Positions 9,595-17,733 of a stretch of DNA of 64,000 nucleotides are shown piece after piece. The stretch spans positions 13,531 through 77,530 of the forward strand of contig CAZSVP010000003.1 of NCBI GenBank assembly GCA_964610335.1, given 5' to 3'. Source of the DNA: an uncultured Candidatus Saccharibacteria bacterium. Lineage in GTDB: Bacteria > Patescibacteriota > Saccharimonadia > CAILAD01 > BJGX01. Each line of letters opens with the position of its first letter. Positions within the stretch are counted from its first letter, which is position 1. Under the pieces are notes generated by a model that was not told the DNA's origin, made no database searches, and saw only the letters and a list, made by a program, of their open reading frames with translations. A program made the translations under genes and the position numbers.

Positions 9595-10932
9595 ATGAAA
9601 AAACGAACTATCCAGTTGGTATTGATTGGTGTGGTGATAGTGGTCGCCGCAGCCATTGCTTTGCCACGCGAGGACAAGATACTAAGTGCATTGGGTGTCA
9701 AAAACACTACGCTCAAAGTCCGACAAGGGCTTGATTTGCAGGGTGGAGCCGCCTTGCTCTATCAAGCAGATCTAAGCAAAACGGCCGCTCAAGATCGCGC
9801 TAAGGCTCTTGAGGGTGTCTCCAATGTTATGACCAAGCGTGTTAACCCAACTGGAACGAGTGAAGTGGTAGTACAGACCAGTGGTGGCGATCGTGTCAGT
9901 GTACAATTGCCAGGCGTCAAAGATATCTCTCAGGCCATTGGATTTATAGGTAAGACCGCCGAGCTGCATTTTTATGGTGTCGATGCGAACAATGTGCCCA
10001 CAGAAACAGAAATATCTGGTAAGGACCTCGAAAGTGCCACGGCCGACATCGACACCCAAACTGGCCAGCCGATAATTAGCTTTACTATGAAGCAAGAGTC
10101 GGTACAAAAGTTTGCCGATCTTACCACGCAACTCAACAAAACTGGTGGTCGATTACTAATCTTGCTCGATGAAGAACCACTCTTCAATGGCACAGTAAGC
10201 TCGGCGATTACAGATGGACGTGGTCAGATGCAGGGCTTCAAGGATATCAAAGACGCCCAAGACACGGCAGTACTTCTCAACGCTGGCGCGTTGCCAGTGC
10301 CGGTTCAGCTAGTAGAACAACGGACGGTTGGCGCAACTCTCGGTAGTGAAGTAATCACTAAGAGTATTGTGGCTGGCTTCATTGGCATCATTGCTCTGAT
10401 CTTCTTTATGATCGCCTACTACCGACTGGCAGGCGTGGTGGCCGCTATAGCACTGGGTATATATACACTTATCAACCTAGCGATCTTCAAGGTTAGCGGA
10501 GTTACACCTTTTCCAATTGTACTGACACTGGCGGGTATAGCTGGGTTCATACTCAGTATCGGTATGGCGGTGGATGCCAATATTTTGATATTTGAACGAA
10601 TGAAAGAAGAAGTGCGTGAAGGTAGTGATATGCGCAGTGCACTTGATAGTGGATTTAAGCGTGCCTGGAGTAGTATTCGCGATTCCAACATAGCTACCCT
10701 TATCATCTGTTTTATCCTCTATAACTTCAGCTTTGGTGCCTCGATTGTCAAAGGCTTTGCCGTTACGCTAGCGATTGGTGTGTTGGTAAGTATGTTTACA
10801 GCCATTACGGTCTCGCGTAACCTACTTGAGATAATACTCAAAACCGAGTGGGGAACTGATGATCCTTGGTATGGATTCTTGTCCAAACCAAAAACCAAGA
10901 CCAAGTCGCTCAAGAAGGGTGCTAAGTCATGA
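9595..10932 (+). CDS. secD: Protein-export membrane protein SecD
   Basis: Large periplasmic domain followed by a C-terminal six-TM bundle with the SecD/F signature. It is adjacent to secF. Confidence 0.9.
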   Translation: MKKRTIQLVLIGVVIVVAAAIALPREDKILSALGVKNTTLKVRQGLDLQGGAALLYQADLSKTAAQDRAKALEGVSNVMTKRVNPTGTSEVVVQTSGGDRVSVQLPGVKDISQAIGFIGKTAELHFYGVDANNVPTETEISGKDLESATADIDTQTGQPIISFTMKQESVQKFADLTTQLNKTGGRLLILLDEEPLFNGTVSSAITDGRGQMQGFKDIKDAQDTAVLLNAGALPVPVQLVEQRTVGATLGSEVITKSIVAGFIGIIALIFFMIAYYRLAGVVAAIALGIYTLINLAIFKVSGVTPFPIVLTLAGIAGFILSIGMAVDANILIFERMKEEVREGSDMRSALDSGFKRAWSSIRDSNIATLIICFILYNFSFGASIVKGFAVTLAIGVLVSMFTAITVSRNLLEIILKTEWGTDDPWYGFLSKPKTKTKSLKKGAKS

Positions 10933-11894
10933 AAACATCTCTTAACATCGTTGGTCGACGCAAACTATGGTATCTGATATCGTTGGCAATCATAGTTCCT
11001 GGCACGATCGCCTTGATATTGTGGGGTCTAAAGCCAGGGATTGAGTTTACTGGTGGATCTGAGATTGAGGTTACTGGTGCTACCAACCAATCACAACTGC
11101 AGGCCACGCTCGAAACAGCCGGTGGTCGTGATATAACTATCACTACCAGCGGCGACAGTAACCTGTTGGCACGATATAGTGTTGAGTCAGGCGCAGATGC
11201 TGAGCAGGTACATCAACAGATCAAGGCGCAAATTACGGCGGCCGGCATGACAGAAACCAGTTATAACCAAGTGGGGCCGTCGGTGAGTCGCGATATTACG
11301 CGCAATGCTGGGCTGAGTGTGCTTTTGGCTTCATTGGCCATCATAGCTTACATAGCTTTTGCGTTTCGTAAGACCCCGCCACCTTTGAAATCCTGGAATT
11401 TTGGGGTTGCTGCCATAATCGCTGTTTTGCACGATGCCTTGCTGGTGATTGGTTTATTTGCGATTCTTGGACACTTCTTCGGTGTGCAGGTAGATAGCTT
11501 ATTTGTAACGGCCGTGCTGACCATCATAGGCTTCTCAGTACACGACACGATAGTAGTTTTTGATCGTATCCGTGAGAATCTGCGACGCTACAATGGTAGC
11601 TTTGAGGAGATTGTGGATCGTAGTATTACAGAGACTATGGCACGCTCCATCAATACCTCACTCACTGTGTTGATAGTGTTACTAGCTTTCTTCTTGTTTG
11701 GAGGAGGCAGTATTCACAATTTCATCCTGGCGCTGCTGATAGGTATACTTTCAGGCACATACTCATCGATCTTCAATGCAGCGCCACTACTAGTTAGCTA
11801 CAACAAACATAAGATTAAGAAGGCCGCCAAGGCCAAAGATAAGCCAGATAAGAAAAGTACAAAGAAAGATAAGAAGACAAAATCTAAGAAATAA
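10929..11894 (+). CDS. secF: Protein-export membrane protein SecF
   Basis: SecF TM core (…FDRIREN…) and a Lys-rich C-terminal tail. Its start overlaps the secD stop by 4 bp. Confidence 0.9.
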   Translation: MKTSLNIVGRRKLWYLISLAIIVPGTIALILWGLKPGIEFTGGSEIEVTGATNQSQLQATLETAGGRDITITTSGDSNLLARYSVESGADAEQVHQQIKAQITAAGMTETSYNQVGPSVSRDITRNAGLSVLLASLAIIAYIAFAFRKTPPPLKSWNFGVAAIIAVLHDALLVIGLFAILGHFFGVQVDSLFVTAVLTIIGFSVHDTIVVFDRIRENLRRYNGSFEEIVDRSITETMARSINTSLTVLIVLLAFFLFGGGSIHNFILALLIGILSGTYSSIFNAAPLLVSYNKHKIKKAAKAKDKPDKKSTKKDKKTKSKK

Positions 11895-11921
11895 TTTCTT
11901 ACCTCTAATCCCATAGTTTAA

Positions 11922-12198
11922 AGGATTTCGCCCTTACGTCCAGTCCAATTTTGCTCAGTCAAAAGCGGTGCAACCTGCCGGCAGGCAGGAACCGTTCTGC
12001 TCGGACTTCCTAGTTAGACGTTATCAAATCAGCAAGTGAAAGCTCCTAAACGCTTTTGTCTGAGCACTGGTTTATCCAGGGGCGGAAGACAGAAAGAGAA
12101 GGAGCTTGAAACGCTGCTTGATTTTATATAGTCGACAAAGACTTTTGGCTACTTTTGGTATATTCAAAAGTAGCTTGGTCCTTTAGGAGCGAAATCCT
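11922..12198. repeat. Copy 1 of an intergenic repeat family: a roughly 277-bp element with terminal inverted repeats AGGATTTCGC...GCGAAATCCT (MITE-like or structured ncRNA)
   Basis: The perfect 10-bp TIRs extend imperfectly to about 16 bp. Blocks are conserved with the element at 60820 (AGGATTTCGYCCCTTACG, CCGTYCKGCTCGGACTTC, GGAGCTTGAA, GGAGCGAA). Internal hairpins are present, and there is no ORF of 60 aa or more. Confidence 0.5.
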
Positions 12199-12203
12199 AG
12201 CTA

Positions 12204-12878
12204 TTAGACTACCCTAAACCAAAACACTGCCAAGTAGGCAGCTACTAGTAGCAGTATGGCTGCCACTATCATAATAAGAGAGCGTGATACTACAAATGAG
12301 CTCGGTGAGTCGTCGATATTTTCTTTCCAATCTTCATGTGACTCAGAGTTATCGGCTGCAGGGTGATCTGTGCTATGTACTTTGTTCGCAACAACAGCTG
12401 CTGTAGTGGCTGTTGCGGTTGCTGCTTCATCTGGTACAAAGGTTTCATCGTATTTGCGGCTGATGTCAGTTACCTGGTGTGGGGCAGCGGTTGCAGCGGT
12501 GGTAGATGCCAGGGCGGTATCTGCTATATGGTTGTCATGAGAGTAGTCTGACACGTGGGGTGGAGGTAGCTCAGGCACCATTAAGCGTTTCATATGTCGC
12601 TTTAGCGAATATTTGGTAGGTTTTGCGGCTTTAGCCTCGGTAGTGACTGGCTTAGTGTGAGTTGGCTTTTTGGGCTTCGATACTTTGACTGGTTTAGGGC
12701 TAGTTGGCTTCACCATATCATGTACGGTCAAAGTTGGCTGTGTTGGCGTGTGTACGGCCACAGCAGATCCTGTGCTGGACATTTTCTCAAATTGGTGCAG
12801 CGCACCACAACCTGGGCAAAGCATGCCTACGGCGGAGCTCACTAATTCGGTATTACAATCTGGACAGTTTTGCTGCAT
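12204..12878 (-). CDS. Zinc-ribbon domain membrane protein (hypothetical)
   Basis: N-terminal CPDCNTEL...CPGCG zinc ribbon, a Pro/Lys/Thr-rich linker and a C-terminal TM helix. Confidence 0.5.
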   Translation of the reverse strand: MQQNCPDCNTELVSSAVGMLCPGCGALHQFEKMSSTGSAVAVHTPTQPTLTVHDMVKPTSPKPVKVSKPKKPTHTKPVTTEAKAAKPTKYSLKRHMKRLMVPELPPPHVSDYSHDNHIADTALASTTAATAAPHQVTDISRKYDETFVPDEAATATATTAAVVANKVHSTDHPAADNSESHEDWKENIDDSPSSFVVSRSLIMIVAAILLLVAAYLAVFWFRVV

Positions 12879-13033
12879 ATTTGTTTTCTATACTAGTCTA
12901 AGTTATGTATATATTGTAATCTACTTATGTTATAACTGCAAACCCCTTGTGCTTGGGTAAAGTGTGCGATATACTACAAAGTAATCAGGTGTGATACAAT
13001 ACAAACAAGCAAGACAAAGTTGAGAAAAATACA

Positions 13034-13315
13034 ATGTTACAACATTTTATAACATCCAAAACGCGACGCAAGATAATTATATTATTCTCGAAGTATCCAG
13101 ATTATAAGGTACACATTCGTGGGCTCGCCAAAATTACCAAAGAAGATCCTGGCAATGTTAGCCGGGAGCTTGCTCGTTTAGAGAAGATTGGTTATGTGCG
13201 TTCGGCTCGTGACGCCAATACCAAGGTTTATTGGGCCAACAAAAACTTCTTACTTTTTAAGGAGCTACAGAGCATGGTGCTCAAGACATCTAGCAAGCGC
13301 GGCAAGACAGTCTAG
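13034..13315 (+). CDS. Small winged-helix DNA-binding protein (putative transcriptional regulator)
   Basis: The 93-aa translation has an HTH-like core (…GLAKITKEDPGNVSRELARLEKIGYV…). The family is not identified. Confidence 0.45.
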   Translation: MLQHFITSKTRRKIIILFSKYPDYKVHIRGLAKITKEDPGNVSRELARLEKIGYVRSARDANTKVYWANKNFLLFKELQSMVLKTSSKRGKTV

Positions 13316-13411
13316 TTTCTGGTAGATCTTACTATCCCGGCTTGCCGGGGTCGTGGGATTTGCCAAAAACCAAAAGAGAGTTGGCAAAACAAATACCAAA
13401 AAGGAGAGGGT

Positions 13412-13582
13412 ATGCAAATCAAAACAAAGCTACGCAATTATGTAGTACGTACGCGTCGTCAGATGATACGGGAGAAGTATCAGCACGAGAGTGGTATGCC
13501 GGTGTTGCCCAAGGTGGCTAGCCAGCAGTTTACCAGCAGGCTCGATGCCGACTATGGCTTAGTCCGCAAAAGCTTGTATTAA
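13412..13582 (+). CDS. Possible 56-aa basic small protein (not in the ORF track, being under 60 aa)
   Basis: A strong SD (AAGGAGAGGG) lies 1 nt upstream of the ATG at 13412. Translation is MQIKTKLRNYVVRTRRQMIREKYQHESGMPVLPKVASQQFTSRLDADYGLVRKSLY, and it is preceded by a hairpin (cccggcttgccgggg). Confidence 0.25.
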   Translation: MQIKTKLRNYVVRTRRQMIREKYQHESGMPVLPKVASQQFTSRLDADYGLVRKSLY

Positions 13583-13670
13583 TTAGGTCTATAACGAATT
13601 AAGCGACCCAGCATCTGCTGGATCACTTAAGGAGTACTGGTCATCGTTGCCAACACTCCGCCTCTTTGGC

Positions 13671-13946
13671 CTACACATAGAGACTCAGTGGCATGATGAT
13701 CGCCACCACTGAGTCGTCGGCCACTGATGTGCTGAGCCCCTGCAACAGCCTAATGTCGCGACCATCAACACGGATGTTGATGACCTGATGCAACACGCCG
13801 CAAGTTTCCAATCGCCCTCGAAGCTTGGGATGCATCACGTAGAGCAGCTGAATGATCTCCGTGATGGTGGCTGCTTTTGTCTCAAGCTTCTTGCAGCCGC
13901 TGGTGTAGCTTTGCAGTGGCCGAGGGATTTTGACCGTTACCGCCAT
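13671..13946 (-). CDS. MoaD/ThiS-like beta-grasp small protein lacking the C-terminal GG
   Basis: MAVTVKIP...VNIRVDGRDIRLLQGLSTSVADDSVVAIIMPLSLYV parallels the MoaD pattern V..VN......T.L.DGDEV.I.PPVSGG, but ends MPLSLYV. Confidence 0.4.
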   Translation of the reverse strand: MAVTVKIPRPLQSYTSGCKKLETKAATITEIIQLLYVMHPKLRGRLETCGVLHQVINIRVDGRDIRLLQGLSTSVADDSVVAIIMPLSLYV

Positions 13947-13951
13947 GTTAT

Positions 13952-14212
13952 TTACCTCCTAAGCTCGATATTGATGTCGGCGTACTGGTCCACCACTGTG
14001 AGTAGACCGTCGTGGGCTGTTACGTCTCGCTCGTTGACGAAGATGACCAGTGAGGGGTTGATGTGATCATCTGCATCGAACAACCACTGAGTGAGCTGTG
14101 GGAACTGGCTGCAGAGACTGTGAAGATTCTCGCCCAGGGTGTAGCCCGAGGTGGCGATGATACCAATACCTATCTCTTGTTTGATCTCATCAGGAACCTT
14201 GATGGTTGGCAT
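13952..14212 (-). CDS. Second MoaD/ThiS-like beta-grasp small protein (non-canonical C-terminus)
   Basis: MPTIKVP...LVIFVNERDVTAHDGLLTVVDQYADINIELRR. It is tandem with the previous gene, with a 5-bp gap. Confidence 0.3.
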   Translation of the reverse strand: MPTIKVPDEIKQEIGIGIIATSGYTLGENLHSLCSQFPQLTQWLFDADDHINPSLVIFVNERDVTAHDGLLTVVDQYADINIELRR

Positions 14213-14329
14213 GATCGCTCATTCTCTCTCGAGGGATTGGACGAAGAGAATATATCACCTAATGGTATAAAACTCAATAAGAAAGCCCCAGTGGTTGTAT
14301 CGGCTTGTATATCCAGCCATACTAGGAGT

Positions 14330-16012
14330 ATGAATCGATTTGAGTGGCTACTGCCTACCAACACAGCAAGTGGTGATATTGTTGAGACAATCTTGAGTGG
14401 TCGTGGTATTTCTGCTTCTGATCAAAAAATACTATTGAATCCAAACTATCCTGGTTTGCTTGACGATCCGTTTGTATATAAGAGTATGGATAATGCTGTC
14501 AAGCGAGTTGCAGAAGCTATTAAGAAAAAGCAAACAGTCGCCGTCTATGGTGACTACGATATCGACGGGCTGTGCGCTACCACACTACTGCACGAGGTGT
14601 TGAGCAAAACTGAAGCCGAGGTAATTGCCTACATCCCAGATAGGTTTGAGGAAGGATATGGCATCAATACTGGTGCGCTCGATAGCCTGAAAGGTGATGG
14701 TGTAGATCTGGTAATTTCTGTTGACTGTGGCGGGCGCTCACACGCCGAGGCTACTCATGCCAAGCAGATAGGATTGGACCTAATAGTGACTGATCATCAT
14801 GAGATGGATGCCGAGGCTCCACGGGATGCGATAGCGGTAGTCAACCCCAAGCGTGCTGACAACGAGGCATGCTTTACTGAGGTTGCTGGCGTAACTGTTG
14901 CTTTTCAGCTGGTGCGAGCATTGCTCGCTAAGAAGGTGATTGAGTTTAAATCAGGACAAGAAAAATGGCTGCTTGACCTGGTAGCCTTGGCAACGGTGTG
15001 TGATGTGGTGCCGCTGATTGGCACCAATCGAGAGCTGGTACACTATGGTCTGATGGTACTGCGCAAATCACCGCGTCCAGGCATACGGGCACTTTGTCAG
15101 GCTTCCAATGTGGTGCAAGCCGAGATTACCGAAGAAGATTTGGGCTTTCGGCTCGGACCGAGGCTCAATGCCGCCGGTCGCATGGAGCATGCCAAGCGAG
15201 CGCTAGATTTACTTATGTCCACTAGCGATGCCGAAGCAGCGACTCAGGCTAAGTATCTCAACGACCTAAACATTCAGCGCCAAGCTGACACTCGTGATAT
15301 CTATGATGCGGCCAACTCGCTGGCCAAGGTCGATGACAATCCTATCCTGGTGCTAAGTCACCCTGATTGGTCACATGGCGTAGTAGGGATAGTGGCTAGC
15401 CGCATTGTCGAGCGGCACCACAAACCAACCATATTGTTCCAAGAACTCGAGGATGGTAGTGCCAAGGGATCGGCTCGTAGTGTGGATGGCGTCAGCATCA
15501 TCGATGCTATTGCAAACTGTCAGCAATTATTGACAAAGTATGGTGGGCACCAGTTTGCGGCAGGCGTAACGGTGCCAATCGACAAGATCGCTGAGTTTCG
15601 AGCTCAGATCAATGATTATGCCAAGCAAAACATCTTAGTTAAGCCAAAACAACTCATTATAGATGCCCAGCTAGATCTAGCAATGCTCAATCTGGAATTG
15701 TTGGCAGCTATCCAGCGGCTACGACCATTTGGACGGGAGAATACCGAGCCAGTGCTGGTAAGTGGTGCAATACTCGCCGATGTACGCTGGGTGGGTGCCG
15801 AGAAGAAACACGCTCAAGTATTTCTGAGTAGCGAGGATGGTGTGAGTATGCGCGGTATTAGCTTTGGTGCCGCCAGCTGGCTAAAAGCTGATGATGCGAT
15901 AGGTCAGCCAGTACAAGTAGCTTACAAGCTACGCAACAACAACTTTCAGGGCGTCGATGAGTTGCAGCTAGAGGTGCTCGATATCCATCCAGCTCAAACT
16001 GACTCAATATAG
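14330..16012 (+). CDS. recJ: Single-stranded-DNA-specific exonuclease RecJ
   Basis: DHH-family motifs VAVYGDYDIDGLCAT and IVTDHHE, plus a DHHA1 region. An AGGAG RBS precedes the ATG at 14330. The track ORF extends upstream, across the divergent genes. Confidence 0.9.
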   Translation: MNRFEWLLPTNTASGDIVETILSGRGISASDQKILLNPNYPGLLDDPFVYKSMDNAVKRVAEAIKKKQTVAVYGDYDIDGLCATTLLHEVLSKTEAEVIAYIPDRFEEGYGINTGALDSLKGDGVDLVISVDCGGRSHAEATHAKQIGLDLIVTDHHEMDAEAPRDAIAVVNPKRADNEACFTEVAGVTVAFQLVRALLAKKVIEFKSGQEKWLLDLVALATVCDVVPLIGTNRELVHYGLMVLRKSPRPGIRALCQASNVVQAEITEEDLGFRLGPRLNAAGRMEHAKRALDLLMSTSDAEAATQAKYLNDLNIQRQADTRDIYDAANSLAKVDDNPILVLSHPDWSHGVVGIVASRIVERHHKPTILFQELEDGSAKGSARSVDGVSIIDAIANCQQLLTKYGGHQFAAGVTVPIDKIAEFRAQINDYAKQNILVKPKQLIIDAQLDLAMLNLELLAAIQRLRPFGRENTEPVLVSGAILADVRWVGAEKKHAQVFLSSEDGVSMRGISFGAASWLKADDAIGQPVQVAYKLRNNNFQGVDELQLEVLDIHPAQTDSI

Positions 16013-16507
16013 TTGATCGCTTTGCCTAGGTTGGCACCATGATCCTCAATAGTATCTATGGTCAACCGGGGTTCGGCCCAGGCCAAGTATTCGCGGCGCC
16101 TCTTCTCAACATCTTCCCAAGTAACTTCCGGAATACCTTGGATATTTCGCACTCGAGCTTCGATTCTCTGCTGATGCAGCTCAACATCTGAATTAACGCA
16201 TTCGATAATGATCAAGCGAGCGTTGTGATCAGCAGAAAGTTTTTGCCACATCTGCCTCGCTTCAACAACTGGGCTAACCGCATCAATAATTACCGAAATG
16301 CCTAGTTTGAGCTGCTCGTGGGCCAAAGCGGCTGCTACCTGTATGCAGCCAGGCCAGTTTCGAAGCTTTGCTTAAAACCACTACCTATGACAGCCGATTC
16401 TATAGGGTCGACTGAGAAAACGGGAATATTTAGTTTTTTGGCAACCGCTTCGGAGAGGGTACTTTTGCCACTGCCAGGTAGGCCTGCTATTACTATCAGT
16501 TTTGGCA
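15994..16507 (-). pseudogene. Frameshifted P-loop kinase/AAA_33-like gene. The N-terminal part (16507 to 16335) contains GLPGSGKST; the C-terminal part (16371 to 15994) is in a different frame.
   Basis: The reverse-strand translation MPKLIVIAGLPGSGKSTLSEAVAKKLNIPVFSVDPIESAVIGSGFKQSFETGLAAYR stops at 16335-16337. The open frame continuing to 15994 (…AHEQLKLGISVIIDAVSPVVEAR…WEDVEKRRREY…) is offset by one base, and the two frames overlap over 16336-16371. Confidence 0.6.
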
Positions 16508-16511
16508 TTTG

Positions 16512-17654
16512 TTACTTCTCCTGGTAGTTCTTACCACCATCGGTGATGTATAGATCATGGGGGTGAGATTCTGCCAGTGAGGCTTGAGTTACTTGGTAAA
16601 ACTGGGCATGCTTGTGAAGATCAGTAATAGTTTTGCATCCCACGTAGTACATACCAGATATAAGGCCGCCAATCAGCTGAGCTGAACGCTCGGCAACTGA
16701 GCCATTGACCGGCACCAGCCCCTCTACACCCTCTGCTATCAGTACATCATCGCGGTAGCTTTTGCCATGAAACTCGTCTTCGGAGCTTATTTTAAGCCCT
16801 TTGCGCATAGCACCGGTCGAGCCCATCCCTCGGTAAGTCTTGAACTTGTACGACTTAGATCCATCGATAATGTCATAGAACCGGCCAGGTACCTTTGACT
16901 CAGGTAGTTCCACTATCTCGCCAGGAGCTTCGCTACATGCTGCCAAGATCCGGCCTAGCATCACACTATGAGCGCCTGCAGCCAAGGCTTTGGTAATCTC
17001 GCCGCTGTAAGTGATGCCACCATCGGCGATTACTGGTATTTTCTTCTTACGTGCCACGCTTACTGTTTCCATAATGGCCGTAAGCTGCGGCACACCCATC
17101 CCAGATATTATTCGAGTCGAACAGATAGCGCCAGGACCCATACCGATTCGTATACCATCCACCCCAGCTTCGATCATGGCATGGGCACCCTCGGCGGTGG
17201 CCACATTGCCGCCAATTACATCAACCTTGGTGGCACTCTTGATAGTCTTGATGGCACTGATCACAGTGCGAGCATTACCATGGGCTGAGTCAACCAATAG
17301 CACATCCACACCAGCGCTTACTAGACTCGCTACACGCTTCTCATAGCCGGGGCTAGAGCCAACAGCCGCTCCCACCAGCAATTTCTGCTTTTTTACCTTG
17401 GCTACTTCGCGAGCTTGATCGGCAACAGTTAAATTGCGGTGGATAAACCCGATGCCGCCCAATTGTGCCAGGGCAGCTGCCATGACGTGTTCGCAGACAG
17501 TATCCATCGGTGATGCCACAATTGGTATGGCAAGATCAACATTGCGGCTCAGTTTGGTAGCTACTTCTACCTCAGAACGCAAAAAACCCGAGTAACCGGG
17601 TTTTAGAAGAACGTCGTCAAATGTTAGCGCGGTGGGCAGTGATTGCTTTTCCAT
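16512..17654 (-). CDS. guaB: IMP dehydrogenase/GMP reductase family enzyme lacking the CBS subdomain
   Basis: Catalytic loop [11 protein letters not shown] and IMPDH barrel motifs. At 380 aa it has no room for a CBS pair between HRNLTVADQ and [11 protein letters not shown]. Confidence 0.8.
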   Translation of the reverse strand: MEKQSLPTALTFDDVLLKPGYSGFLRSEVEVATKLSRNVDLAIPIVASPMDTVCEHVMAAALAQLGGIGFIHRNLTVADQAREVAKVKKQKLLVGAAVGSSPGYEKRVASLVSAGVDVLLVDSAHGNARTVISAIKTIKSATKVDVIGGNVATAEGAHAMIEAGVDGIRIGMGPGAICSTRIISGMGVPQLTAIMETVSVARKKKIPVIADGGITYSGEITKALAAGAHSVMLGRILAACSEAPGEIVELPESKVPGRFYDIIDGSKSYKFKTYRGMGSTGAMRKGLKISSEDEFHGKSYRDDVLIAEGVEGLVPVNGSVAERSAQLIGGLISGMYYVGCKTITDLHKHAQFYQVTQASLAESHPHDLYITDGGKNYQEK

Positions 17655-17733
17655 ACACTAGTATTACCGAACCTTGAGCAATTTGTCAAAACTACTGCTG
17701 GTACATCTATTGTCAAACCTGTACAATATAGAC

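Noticed and set aside
11922-12198. The repeat element as RNase P RNA, SRP RNA, tmRNA or 6S RNA
   Set aside because: The minus strand contains GAAGUCCGAGC, reminiscent of the RNase P P4 strand GGAAAGUCCGGGC. However, the complementary P4 strand and other conserved regions (GGGCAGG, ACAGAA.CCGGCUUA) are not found in the right places. The element is too short, and it occurs in at least two or three diverged copies, which RNase P, SRP RNA and tmRNA would not. No tmRNA 3' tRNA-like end and no SRP domain IV motif are present. The 6S option is not excluded, but it is unsupported.
16318-16527. Plus-strand 69-aa ORF
   Set aside because: It lies antisense to the P-loop kinase N-terminal segment, whose translation has a clear Walker A motif. 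It is therefore judged spurious.
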